Shown here: one piece after another, positions 8,293-20,550 of the stretch
How the letters are laid out: every line of letters begins with the position of its first letter
Position numbering within the stretch: the stretch's first letter is position 1
Assembly (NCBI RefSeq): GCF_947568905.1
Contig: NC_079173.1
Span: forward strand, 38,564,001-38,628,000
From: Ostrea edulis
Lineage: Eukaryota
Length of the DNA stretch: 64,000 nucleotides
Reading direction: 5' to 3'
Made by a program: the position numbers and the translations under genes
The notes under the pieces: model-generated
The model's database searches: none
Seen by the model: only the letters and a program-made list of their open reading frames with translations
What the model was told of the DNA's origin: nothing

Positions 8293-8525
8293 TGTTATTC
8301 CCCTTTCAAAGAAGAGTAAATGACCCTTATTTATTTTGAGGTCACAGGGTCAAGGGTCAAACTGGACAATCGACCTAATTAAAATCGGACTCCTTCGATT
8401 TGCGCCATATACTTATACTCTTGAGATAACCTAACTAGGGGGGCGTGTTCATATGAACTAATTAATGTATATGCTGTTTTGTGCTGTATTGTACTGAAGT
8501 GAAATGTTTTGACTGTAACATTTAA
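8293..8525. mobile_element. HINE-like repeat fragment, left part (continues at 9847-10100; uninterrupted paralogue at 33714-34200)
   Basis: Near-identical to 33714-33946; contains the GACCC..TTTTGAGGTCA..GGTCAA motif shared with the 14200-14800 array. Confidence 0.75.
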
Positions 8526-8528
8526 GAA

Positions 8529-8647
8529 ATAAGGTATCATTTAAAAATATTTATCGGGATATAAATACGGGTTGGTCACGTGACAAAATTTAATCATGTA
8601 GAAACCCGTATTTATATCCCGATAAATATTTTAAAATGACACCTTAT
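8529..8647. repeat. Subterminal hairpin of the Crypton, 45-bp arms
   Basis: 8529-8573 pairs with 8603-8647 with 2 mismatches; the loop holds GTCACGTGAC. Confidence 0.9.
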
Positions 8648-9126
8648 TACTTATATTTACATTTTTGGTCGGTAACATTGCTGAATTGTGTTAACAACAC
8701 GTTTCCATACATTTCAAATTGTTGACGTCCACAACGAAGCGTCATATATGTTCAAAATGACGACAACACAAAACAAAGTTCTATAAAATGAAGAACTGTT
8801 TTAATTATTAAGACGCTAGAAAGCAAGTATATCAACATATACTTATACATTAACTCGGGAGTATATAATAGAAAACTCTTCCATGTGTCTAATTTTAGGG
8901 GGTGGGGGAATTATGATTTAAACGGGTATGCGCAGTGTTACACTTAGAGTTGTGATGCGCTTTGACTTTTGAAAAGTGAAGACGTTGAAGACCGACTTTG
9001 AAAGATATTCTGTGGATATTACGGAGTTAACAGAAGACTGAGATGGAGGAACATGAAGAACAGGGCGGCAGTCGTCAGGTGTAGGCAAATTATTTATAGA
9101 CAGGACAACTCGACAGAGGACGCAGC

Positions 9127-9500
9127 TCAGATGAATCTCCGGAAAGAACTGAACATCGCAGAGAATGTGGAACTGCACGAAGGTAAGGGACGGTTTGGAT
9201 TTGGATATGTAATTGTTGATAAACATGACCTCACTGAACGCTTCTTTTGACTCGATAATTTTTTGTAATAGGTTTTTAACGACGCCTCGCTTCGATGTCC
9301 CGACATAAACTTGGAAACCGACATCAAGCACTATGGCTGCTGTGGCACGGAAGCAGTGTGGTGTGTAGGTCTTAATGCACGTTCACGACTTATCGGCCAT
9401 ACATTCTGTGAACGACCTTTTTGCTAAAGCCTAATGTCATCGTCTAGCAGTAGGTACAATTCCGCATCACCGATAACCAAGGTGAAGTTGTAGCAGACGA
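9127..9500 (-). pseudogene. Tyrosine recombinase C-terminal remnant (Crypton/DUF3504-like)
   Basis: YTPHCFRATA (HxxR at 9347-9358), then after a frameshift FMSGHRSEASLKTY (GH at 9295-9300, candidate catalytic Y ~9270); in-frame stops upstream. Confidence 0.8.
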
Positions 9501-10554
9501 AATTTTAGACATACATTAGGCCTAGTAGGCTAGTAACTAAAGACATTGTTTACAGTTATGCTTTTATCAATTATTGATGAAAGTCCACTGCTTGGAATAC
9601 AAATAAAACCGTAAATACATTTTGTGGTGTTGATTTCATCTATTGAAAGATTTCTGTAGTAAGTGAGAGCGATTAATAGATGTGTATTGCCTTAGTAAAA
9701 GTAGTACCTGTTACCTACTTTTAACAAATGTTCATACGCACAGCCGTGACCTCTGTTGACCCCGTAGTAGATTTATCCAGAAATAAATACGTATTGCTCG
9801 TAATAGTGTTATGTAGGAGAAAACAGTTGCAAATGTAAATATTTAATGATAACAAATACTTTTTAAAACAATGAAGAATTTTGATTTTTGGGGGCCATTT
9901 GAATCAGTCGGGTGACGCATTACTATTGGTCGGCGTGCGGCGTCCGTTATATAGTATCTGTAGGTGAAGGAGACTGGAAATTGTAAATTTCATTGACCCC
10001 TCCCCCCCCCCCCCCTCTCCAAAGGGGCCTTCATTCTGGGGTAAAATTGTAAAATTGATGTATTTCTTTGAAATATTCTTCTTACATCTAAACATCTAGC
10101 AATGAAAGTGAGTATATAGTGATAATGAGCAAGGGGAACTTATTAGGGCCCGGCATGAATGCAGGGAGCCCTGTAGTAATCACATTATCTGTCCATCAAC
10201 ACTTTCTTTGTGACACGATAACTCAAGAGTTTTTATTGTACATTTTTCTAATTTTTTAGAAAAATAATTTACAGTAAGAGGAAGGTGCCTATATAATTTA
10301 GGGTCATTTCACTTTGTCTGTCTGTTTGTTGTCTTTGTTATTATGAACACTTTTTTGTGACACGATAAATCAAACATATTTCATTGTACAGTTTTCAAAT
10401 TGTGTACAGAAATAAATTACATACCCCAGTTAAACATTAGAAATTCGCTTAGATATTCAGAACAGGGAGTAGTGATACTGTTTTCACTCAAGTGACATAT
10501 AAGGTCTGTGAGCCTCTTTTTGCAATTTCATGGGGTTTGAAGTTTTGTACTCTT

Positions 10555-10770
10555 GCTACAATAACATGGGACGGATTTATATTCATATATTTTGAACCAT
10601 GGTGGGTCCAGTGGATAGTTGTTTTTACAGAGATATACCTTGTAATTTGCAGAACTGGAATCATGATTATGACGAAGTTGAATATTTTTTGACCGGTAAT
10701 ATTATTACGAACCTGTTAGTTCAGAATATGTAGTTGGCAGGAATGCTGGACAAATGTTGAACAACTTTTT
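10555..10770 (+). pseudogene. Fragment homologous to the Helitron N-terminal (C76-like) region at ~30080-30310
   Basis: Shared TTGCAGAACTGGAATC(A/G)TGATTATG..GAAGTTGAATATTTTTTGAC and AATATGTAGTTG. Confidence 0.7.
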
Positions 10771-11149
10771 TGCTGTATTACACTCTTTTTGAAACATGTC
10801 TATAAACATTCTAACGATAAGTTTTTCTTGCCTAGCATGTCGTCAAAAGAAATTGGTGAAAGGACAATTTCCAGTGTGTTGAGGGCAAGAAAGCTCCAAA
10901 GAAAAGAATGTGAGAGCTTTATTTCTATACCAATCGGAAGACAAGACAGACCAGACAATAACGATGTTTAAAGGTGTTATTGAAATTGCTGTGCATAAAA
11001 AGATACCAAACGGACACAATAATGAAACCTTAATATATATCACTGAGCACTTGCCAATCTCATTTTCTGGATGCATCACCGCATCTAACTGTGTTTACAA
11101 CATAAACACTGATGCTTAAAACCATTAACTATTACTTTGGATTCAGTGT

Positions 11150-11520
11150 TTTATCCCTTCATGGACTTCGATACTTGATTTTCATGTATTGATATACTTA
11201 ATTTTCATCCAAGACAAATAGTCAACACTGTTATTTCAAATGTTACTGTTGAAGTTGTATCATTTAAGAATCCTATGGATGTTATTTTGTAACACTGTCA
11301 GATACCAAAAAACATTAAGTACTTCCTTCGTCCCTTCGTGGATTGAGATACTTGATTTTCATTGATCCAAGACAAATACTCAGGACTGTTATTTAAAATG
11401 TTGCTGTTGATTTGTACCATTTAAGAATCCAATACATGTTATTTTGTAACACTGTTACCAAAAAACATTAAGTACTTGTTTTGTCTTTTCGTGGACTTGA
11501 ATACTTGATTTTCATGTATT
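11150..11520. repeat. Degenerate tandem repeat (periods ~177 and ~153 bp) with a detached unit at ~12105-12190
   Basis: ATACTTGATTTTCAT at 11171, 11348 and 11501; ATCCAAGACAAATA recurs near 12111. Confidence 0.8.
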
Positions 11521-12610
11521 GTTATATAGTGATCCCCATCCCCCTTTGAACGTCAACATTTATACTTCGGCAATTTTGGCATTATATCGGGGGAGGGGGG
11601 TATGTGTACAGCTGTCATAACAAATCGAACAAATTTTATCTACTACATCGTGCTTTGGATGCCTGGATAATCCTGGCGTCCAGTAGTCGTAAATGACTCG
11701 TAATGGTAGGGGTATTTAACGATTTCCAGTTATTGCTTTATGTCCAACACGCTTAGACTTCGGTATGTCCGCCATACTCAGATTTCAAAAATAATTATGC
11801 ATATTTGAACTCGGTTGATTACAATTTTCGTAACTTATTATCTGATCCAAACGTTGATACCTTGATGACTAATGGCGGATAATTGCTTTTATGTAAGCCT
11901 GCTCACTCCAATTTTCTTGCCGTTGATTCGCGATAATTAGCGGGGATGATTATAACGGAAATTGACCAAATCCTACCTGCGAATAGGATGGCGGTATGCC
12001 AGGGATGGCGTTATGACGGGGTTTTACATAGCAAGGAAAACAGGACTTTGACTTTTTTGGCGATATGCGGGGATGGCATTATAACGGGGGATTGCTGAAC
12101 TTTATTTTAATCCAAGACAAATAGTTAACACTGTAATTTAAAATGTTGAAGTTGTAACATTCAAGAATCCAGCATATCTTATTTTGTAATTTTTTTTTCA
12201 TCAATGATCCCAAAAGATAATGTGCTAATTATTTACTCATATTTGTATTGTATGATGAAAAATTTATGAATGTGAAATCATTGAAGTTTTTTTTATTCAA
12301 TTTGCTGAAGTATTATTTATTAAGTATAATTTCAACAACATTGCCCTTTGAAAACGGATACATTACTAGTGTGCCATAAACCTTTCCCTGGTTGTGTTGT
12401 TTAATCCTGAGTTTGCTGATCACTGGTTTTATTTTCATTGATTTTTGTTGAGCAATGTGGGGTTTTGTATTACTTATGTAAATTTAAAACTTAATTGCAA
12501 TAGCATTTAAAGGTTTTACAGATGCAAAAAAAAAAAAACCAGTTAATCATTATTCGTCATAACAACTATTTTTTTTACTCTGCAAAATGAATGATTTTCA
12601 GTTTCCTTAA

Positions 12611-13123
12611 AGGGACTGGTTTACGATTTTTTAAAAATATATTTTTCATTTTTGATGCTAAATATTAAAAATATAACTGATTAAATGTTGAGAGTAAAAA
12701 ATGGAGCTTTTGAATGCAAGAATAAAGGTAGTATTTTAGCCTTAAATCTGTGTTGTGGAAACAAAGACTCAAGTCTTTTCATGTATACAAATACACCAAT
12801 GAAATGTTAATTTTGTAATATAAACCATCTTAATTTGACATGATCACAAATTTTAACTTTTAGATGACACATTTTACCCAAAGAATGCTTTAAATGTGAA
12901 CGATATAATAAACTTAAATCGATATCGATTTCTTTTGAAATTTTCATAAACAATAAAATACCGCAATCTTTGTTGACAAAATAAATAACAAACTCTCTAG
13001 ATGAGTTTTTGTCATGATGTATAACTTTAATTTTTATGTAGCATCTTTTATACACATTAGACAATAGCTTTTGATCATTAAGAGTGAAAAACAAAATTTT
13101 GAGGGAAATCGTGAACCAGCCCT
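12611..13123. mobile_element. Kolobok-like MITE
   Basis: TTAA|AGGGACTGGTTTACGATT ... AATCGTGAACCAGCCCT|TCAA: ~17-bp TIR with purine termini, TTAA/TCAA target. Confidence 0.6.
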
Positions 13124-14822
13124 TCAAAACATCATTTTCTTAATGTCTTAACTCAATGTCTATTTTAAAGCATTTAAAAATCTAGTCATTTTTATAGAAA
13201 ATTAGGACAGTTACTTAAGCATTCTAAAGTATGGTAGGGTTTCTTCACATTTGTTTACATTTTCAGTCAAATATTTGTTATACTCTGCATTAGCTGTTGT
13301 CTATCCATGCCTTATATTTTGTGAAGCATTACTTGTTTTTTACATCTTAAATTTCCTTTTGAAATCTCAAGTAACATTGCTCTATATTATTTGATAGGGT
13401 TTGTGATAATAAAAAAAAATAGAGTTTATGAAATAAACTAATTTTTGGCAAACTGTAGGCTTGTCTATCTTATTAGAGTTATCTCTCTTCTACTGTTCAT
13501 GTTTAGCGCAAGGGGAGGTAATTTTGATTGTTGAGTTACGCAACTTTGCATATAGAGGGCGCATATTGGTGCATTCTAGAAATTTCTTAAATTAATGGCT
13601 GGACAAGTCCAGAGTAAACAAAATTTCCCCACCTCCCACCCTGATGCATACTTTGTTAATTGGGGGGGGGGGGGGGGGGGAGGGTAGATATGCTAATATT
13701 CTAGTTGGCAGTTGATCGATGAAACTTGAAGATGATGTTGAAGCTAGTTAATTTTTGATATAGGGGGTGTTAAGATCCCCATCTTTGGTGGGCCATATAA
13801 TTGTGCATACTAAATGTATGTTGATTGTGATGTTTCATCATGTATATCTTGTTTATTATTGGTTGTATTTACCATTGCATATTATCTGTCATTTACATTG
13901 ATAAATGACATTTTTCACATCAATAAGATTTTGTCATTCAGATCCACCAAACTAGCACACACTGTGTTGACAAAAATATCTTGATAATGTTTTTCATGTA
14001 TAGCATTTGTAGTAGTCATGTTGTCTGTCCAACTGTTTTTACTGTTGGTCAATAATTTTATATGTATACTTTTTCAACTGTCCAAAAATCATTTTAAAAA
14101 TTTTTCATACGATACGTATGACCCCCACTCCCTTCAAAGAAGCGAGGTATATTGCTTTGCACCAGTCGGTCGGTTGGTAGACTATATGTTGTCCGCTCAA
14201 TATCTTGAGAACCATTCACTTCATCATAATGATATGTCATATCTTGGTTGGTTATGAGTAGAAGAGAATTCCTATTGTTTTTCAGGTCCAAGGATCGATC
14301 AACTATGGACATAGGGATATACTATTTGCTGAATATCTTGAGAACCCTTTGCTTGACAGACATCAAACTTGGTAGACTGGTACATAAGAGAAGATGACCC
14401 CTATTGATTTTGAGGCCAAAGGTCAAGGTCAAACTGGACAATGGAATATACTGTATGTTCACTATCTTGAGAACCTTCTGCTTGACAGACGTCAAACTTG
14501 GTACATCTTCAGGAGATGACCCCTATTGATTTTGAGGTCAAGGGTTAAACTGGACATAGTAATATACTGTCCACTCAATATTTGAGAACCCTTTGCTTGA
14601 CAACACAACAAATTTAGTAAACTGGTATGTCTTCAGGAGAAGATGACCCCTATTGATTGATCTAATATGGTCAATGGTTGAACTGGGCATAGTGATACAT
14701 TGTCTCCTATATTCTAAAAACATATTTGCTTGATTGACACCAAACTTGGTACACTGGTACAGCATAAAGAGTAGATGACCCCTGTTGATTTTTAGGTCAT
14801 ATGGTCATTTTACTCCTGACCA

Positions 14823-15165
14823 CACAGGCACCTGAAGTATGGATATTACTACACCCCCCTTTTGATAATTTTTTGGTGGTAATAATTTCTTTCAGATGTG
14901 TAAATTCCCAGTATATAAACTACCTTTCAATTTATGTAATCGTGTCACGCTTTTTGTAAGCTTTAGAGATTGACCTTCTACCGCTATAAAAAAAATACCG
15001 GTAGAAGGCCAATCTCTAAAGCTTACAAAAAGCGTGAAACGATTACATGTATTGAAAGAGGAATTAGATAGACTGGGAATTTACACAATTCAGAGAAAGT
15101 ATTGCCACCAAACAAAAATTATCAAAAAAGGGGATGTGGTAATATTCATACTTCAGGTGCCTGTG
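14823..15165. mobile_element. Foldback MITE, ~343-bp imperfect palindrome
   Basis: CACAGGCACCTGAAGTAT ... ATACTTCAGGTGCCTGTG; arms pair through to CTACCG/CGGTAG with a loop at 14984-14998. Confidence 0.85.
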
Positions 15166-15180
15166 CTCTCGACATAGTAA

Positions 15181-15423
15181 TCCCGTGGGGTTCTAGGTTA
15201 AAATAGATCCCTAGTAACCTTTGCTTGTCGTAAGAGGCGACTAAATGGGGTGGTCCTTCGGACGATACCATAAAACCCGAAGTCCCGTGTCACAGCAGGT
15301 GTGGCACGATAAAGATCCCTCCCTGCTCAATGGCCATAAGCGCCGAGAATAGGCCTACACTGTGCAGCCCCCATATGAGTGAAATATTCTTTAGAGACGT
15401 TAAGCAATATTCAATCAATCAAT
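15181..15423 (+). mobile_element. 5'-truncated SINE/retroposon with a (CAAT)n tail
   Basis: 13-bp TSD CTCGACATAGTAA (15168-15180) / CTTGACATAGTAA (15424-15436); GCTTGTCGTAAGAGGCGACTAA core; TCAATCAATCAATC tail. Confidence 0.75.
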
Positions 15424-16886
15424 CTTGACATAGTAAGATGTCTGCTCAATATTTTGAATTGATACTACTATCAGTTAAATGATGTGTTTTTACAAGCACC
15501 ATGGGAGACATATGTGTTTTACAAACATCTCTTGTTGTAATTCACATTTCACCTCTTTGTTTAGTATTACCAAATTGTCTTTTGAATGAGTGATTTCATT
15601 TTCAAATATTGGTGAGATCACTCATTAATACGGGCATAGTGAATCTGGGATGTCAAATATTCCAATAATAACTTCTTGAATCGGAAATATCGCTTTTCCT
15701 TTTATCACCTATACACCATTAGTTATTCCCTTTTCATTTAAAAACTGCATGTTGTTGGTACTCTATCACAAACAACTTACGGGATGTACTTGAACAATAT
15801 TATAAAAAACAAATCGGCCCATAAATGTGGTGCTTACACAAATAGTTTCTTGTGTAGTATTGTATGAGGATCTGAAAAAAAACTGTCATTGACAGGGTGG
15901 TATATTTTCATATTCATACACGTTTCGAACAATTCCTTTTATTAACATTAATGACTTGTACAAATTATTGGCATTTTTATAGATATACTTACAATTTTTG
16001 TAGACTCGTCAGTGCATCAAATATTCCAATCGGTAACGTTGTTATTTTATTCCAACCCAGGGATCTGAATCATAAATATTTCCCAATTAAGCTTAGTTGA
16101 TCAACGTTACAATGGTGAAATATATAATTCCGTAAACTCAAAATGCAAGAATTTGGTATTTACAATATATATGGCTTTAAACACGAGAATAAGATTCATC
16201 AACAACAGTTCATTTATTTTCTAACAAAAATTATCAATCTTATGTTAGAAAGTATCCAGTCAAATCAAAATAAGAACACCATAACATTTCCCACAGTAGT
16301 TTTATATTTCGATTTTTTTCTTTACAGAACACAGACGTCAAAGGTATACGAACACATCAACTTGATGGCAAGTGGGATAATTGTAGGTTCTATATCCTCT
16401 TCGTATATCTATGTAGCGATAATCCATTATCATCTGGTTATCATATTTATGTCTTTGAACTATAGGTCCCAAATGATTAAATGCAAAACTGCATTTTCTG
16501 CTTATGATCAATTAGCTTTCTGATTACGCACTGATTCACAACAAGTTTCCAAGCTAAACTTTGGAATGATGAAAAGGATGTTCAGAATTTATATGAACGT
16601 GTGCTTCAAATATGTTCCCATGTTAGAAAGGCTTATATTTAATTTGAATTTTATATCTAACTGTGAAAGGATAGTGGTACGCAACATTATATTATTTTGA
16701 TAGCATTTTCATCGTTGCATTTTGTGCTTTTGGTAATTTTGACAGAACGTATGTCTCCAAGGCGTTACTTGGTCAACACGTGGTTAGATTTGAAAAATGT
16801 TAGTTGCAGTTTATAATTCAAATAAAACTGTTCATAATATTTCATCACAAATAAGAACGTCATGATCTGTCTACGTATTAAATGTT

Positions 16887-17220
16887 AAACTTATACAGTA
16901 TAAATTTTGATGCACCACATGCGCATTTCGACAAATAATGTATCTTCAGTACTGTTTAACCGAAATGTTTGAAATCCGAAATAACAATGAAGTTTTAGAG
17001 CTATTACAGGGGAAACAGTGTGCCAAAAAGTGGGGTCAAATTCGTTTAAGGATGCTTGAATTAGATGATCCTTAATTTTGAAATGAATTTATAAATTTTA
17101 TAACAGCAATTACATATACATCAGTATTCTGAAGCTAGTAATAAAGTAATTAGCTACTGGACTGTAGAGACCCTCGGGGACTAACAGTTAACGAGCAGAG
17201 GTCTCGACCCAGGGGTCATA
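16887..17220 (-). mobile_element. ~331-bp hammerhead-bearing retrozyme-like repeat, copy 1
   Basis: Matches 21206-21541 and 50382-50775; absent from paralogous block B (~34870); minus strand 16912-16955 keeps CTGAAGA, GAAA and TGCGCA. Confidence 0.75.
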
Positions 17221-17632
17221 AAATACAATTAAGGAAGTGCGTTAATTGGTCTATACATGTAATTCATTAAAGATGTATTATTCTGATATATTGATTGGAC
17301 AGTATTAAGTCAACTGGAAATAAGAAGATCACAGCAGTTATCATATTTGTTTTATATTTCAGTATCTTTTATTTACAGAACGGAGATATTAATTGTATAC
17401 AAACACATCAACTTAATGACAATCTTTGCATTGGCAGATAACTATTCATTTAATTTGTAGTTGTTGATAATTCTTTGGTATAGGCAGATGGACTTTATAT
17501 TTGCATGGGATGTTTAAAGCAGGATTTATTCAAAATCTTCTATGTGAGAAGAAAGAACATCTTGCTGTGACCTTCGAGTCAACATTTAGATGTATCAACG
17601 ACCTGTCATTTAATTACAATAATAGTTTACAT

Positions 17633-17636
<4 letters not shown>

Positions 17637-17693
<57 letters not shown>
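17637..17693. repeat. (TA)n microsatellite; others at 18084-18114, 23459-23510 and 63338-63378
   Basis: Directly visible. Confidence 0.98.
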
Positions 17694-17694
<1 letters not shown>

Positions 17695-18005
17695 TGGGCA
17701 TATCTGCTTCATATTTATCTATATTTATTGAAAGTAAATATAAACGGCGAACTAACAAAAATTACATTAATTAAGTTTATTGTTTTTTTCTTTTCGGACA
17801 TTGTGGATCAGCTCTTTGGACAAATAAGGCATGTCCTAATTCGCTCCACTTTTAACATTGATTGGCAAGCCTGAAGACCAAAAACATGTAGTCTGCGTTG
17901 TAAATGCGTTTGTAGATTAGTGTAGTTGTAGTGATAGATGTATTTATATGTAGTTTTTGTTATTATGCTCTGTTGATATTGACCGCATTATGTAATTGTT
18001 TTCGT

Positions 18006-18046
18006 TTGTCCTGAAGAAGGGACGGGTCGTCCCAAAAATTTGACAA
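18006..18046 (+). ncRNA. Small (dimer-type) hammerhead ribozyme variant with the core G12 mutated
   Basis: TTGTC CTGAAGA A GGGACG-GGT-CGTCCC AAAA ATTT GACAA: stem I TTGTC/GACAA, CUGAAGA core, 6-bp stem II, GAAA changed to AAAA, AATT palindromic stem III. Confidence 0.55.
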
Positions 18047-18081
18047 TCTCGTTGTTCGTGTCGTTGGTCATTTTAGTGCTT

Positions 18082-18116
<35 letters not shown>

Positions 18117-19519
18117 TGGGCATATCCCACTGAACTCAAAATAAAAGACAACACAGTCGTTCACTTCTGCTTCATATTTATCTATATCTAGCGGTCGTCG
18201 GCGGGGGATGCTTACTCCTCCTAGGCACCTGATCCCACCTCTGGTGTGTCCAGGGGTCCGTGTTTGCCCAACTATCTAATTTGTATTGCTTGTAGGAGTT
18301 ATGAGATTGATCACTGTTCGTTATCTTCACCTTGCATTTATTGAAAGTAAATATAAACGGCGAACTAACACCTGAATTTTATGACAAACGGGATTGTTTC
18401 AGGTTCTTCACTGTCAACCTCATAGATTTATGTAGCATTATTTCATTGTCAACTACATATGGTGTATATATCTCTCCAGTAAGTCGATACACCAGAGTTT
18501 GTCCTGACTTCTGGTCATTTTTAAGTCGAAGCAGGCTACTGAAAAACAAGGTGAAGATGCAGGGGTTCCACAGTCTCATTTAAAGTCAACATTTAGCAAA
18601 TTATATGATCATTGTAGCGATCTGGTTTGCAAACACAACATGGCATTGGGTTAAGTGCTCTCTGACGTGTTTCATACCGATCGTTAGAGTGTTCTTGGCT
18701 CACTAAGTTTGACTACGGATACATTCGTTTACTTGATCAAGATATAAGGCTTATGGTGGGTGTGATCGGTCGACAGGGAGTGTTTGCTCCTCCTTGGCAC
18801 CTTATCCCACCGTTTGTATATCTAGGGTCACGTGTTTGCTAAACTATCTATTGTGTACTGATTATAGGAGTTATCAGATTGGTCACTATTCGCTTTGTTC
18901 ACCTTTCATAAGATTTACCATTGTTCATTATTTTCAATTCCTCATTGATCACTGTTTGGAATCTTCTCATTCTCATCTTCCAGGTATCTAAGGTATCACA
19001 AAGCATGATATATTGTGATGTCAAATATACCATCAATGACTCTTAAACAGCACCTGCACTATTATGATTCATGAGGTATTTAATGACTGTATTTCAAATT
19101 AGTCATCTACCGGTGTATGCTAGCCTGAAATAGATTTTTATGCCATTGCCATGATGTCGTAAAATATCAAAAATGTTTACAAAAAAAAGCAACCTTTCCT
19201 ACACTTACTCTCATTAACATCATTTGCTATAGAAATAATTTGGATCCACATAGATTTATTTATGGTGCTTCTAAGTTTCAAATGTATCAAAACATTAATT
19301 CGGTAACGCTGTTCTTTGATTGTAACTCACGCATCTGAATCATTAAAAAAAATCCTGATTAGCCTTAATTGATCAACGCTACAATCATGAAATACATTAC
19401 TATGTAAACTGATTCAATATTCCAGAGAATAGTATTTGCAATAACTATGGTTAAACACAATAATTAGATACACCAACGATGGTTTATTTATTTTCTAACG
19501 ATAATAGTTTTTATTATAT

Positions 19520-19925
19520 GATTGAATTATAATTAGCTCTCTACTTGATTGAGATCCAACAATGCAGACACCATACTAACTTATGATTACCTGCACGTGA
19601 CCTTCCAGGTGAACATAAGGAATTATTTTTTCCACATAGGACCAAAAATAGGTCGGGAATTTCCAATTTGACGCGATCGATTATGCTTATTTTTGTCATC
19701 CAATGAAATTCTGCGTTTCTCACAGATTTCAACAGACGTATATGGACAATAGAAAAATGGCGAGGTTTGTTTTTTAATCATTTAATCATATAATAAAACA
19801 ATTATTGCTGTTTTTGAGGTCAATACGATGATTTAGCCATCTTCGAAGTACGATATTCTCCGAGTCCGGAGGGCTGTCTAAATCATCGTATTGACCTCAA
19901 AAACAGCAATAATTGTAAATCATTC
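19520..19925. mobile_element. Crypton-like non-autonomous insertion with a perfect 39-bp hairpin
   Basis: Absent from block B (~36595); 19798-19836 pairs perfectly with 19878-19916; ATAATAAAACAATTATT motif beside the hairpin. Confidence 0.45.
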
Positions 19926-20289
19926 ATATGTTAATTAGAGAAAACCCAGTCAACTTGAAACACTTTTCCCCCCAAATTAATTGTATAGTTGTATTTTCCC
20001 CCGATCACAGGTGTGCATGGTAAACGAATACATCAACGTAATGGTAAATGGGATATATTCAGGTTCTTTCTCATCGCCTTCCTGCATCTATGCAGCAATG
20101 TTCTATTATTATATTGTCATGTTATTTATGTATCCCAATTGATTGAATACATCACAACTTTTTCGGCTGATTGACAATTTGGTTTGACATTTATTATTGA
20201 CTCGAATTAGGTTTTCAAACTATGATTCTAAATCAAACAATTGTACGATTTCTAATACATTTTAGGTAAATTTGCTTGAAATTATGACC

Positions 20290-20550
20290 CAATGCCGAAA
20301 GATGAACTACTGACTTATGATTTGCAATCTTATCTCAAATATAAAAGAATTGTTTACCTAACATTAGACGATGTATGCACCATTGCTACACAAACATCGG
20401 AAACTAACGATGGAGAAGCTAAACTAATCCCATTTGTCATCAACTAGAATTGTTAGTTTGCTGTTAATAACCTTTTTTCAATGAAGTATCGAAATGCAAA
20501 GCAGATGTGGAATTTGTGATATCTTTTTTTCAAATTCACAGGGATATATC
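20290..20550 (-). pseudogene. Older, decayed antisense Penelope-like RT fragment (continues at 21545-21830)
   Basis: Paralogues at 36990-37560 and 47330-47900 translate on the minus strand as MLEFLIDN..DDQVFQQ..MGT and KKDTTNSTSASHLDILLKIFINGKLTSEVYDKWDEF. Confidence 0.7.

Larger units (their letters stand above)
8526..9846 (-). mobile_element. Crypton-type tyrosine-recombinase DNA transposon, decayed, ~1.3 kb
   Basis: Absent from the paralogous site 33941-33946; bounded by ATTTAA direct repeats (8520-8525, 9841-9846); subterminal 45-bp hairpin; tyrosine-recombinase remnant inside. Confidence 0.75.
14130..15537 (-). mobile_element. HINE/Helentron-type non-autonomous element with an internal 115-133-bp tandem array, interrupted by two insertions
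   Basis: CTTGAGAACC at 14204, 14337, 14466 and ~14581; GTCG microsatellite at ~14165; AACAAGAG-type terminus on the minus strand at ~15536. Confidence 0.65.
17500..18905 (+). pseudogene. Penelope-like RT C-terminal fragment plus 3' tail, fragmented by (TA)n and insertions
   Basis: AVTFESTFRCINDL..., LLKVNINGELT.EFYDKRD..F..VN...YGVYIS..SRYTR, followed by the conserved ...GATCACTGTTCGTTATCTTCACC tail. Confidence 0.75.

Noticed and set aside
8918-9331. 137-aa ORF as an intact gene
   Set aside because: It is a frameshifted read-through of the tyrosine-recombinase remnant; the catalytic motifs are split across frames.
13661-13684. Long G run as a functional G-quadruplex
   Set aside because: A simple homopolymer inside repeat debris with no context suggesting function.
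17501-17731. ORFs containing YIYIYI runs (also 23408..23605)
   Set aside because: Produced by (TA)n microsatellites; only the RT-like N-terminal part of 17501 is meaningful.
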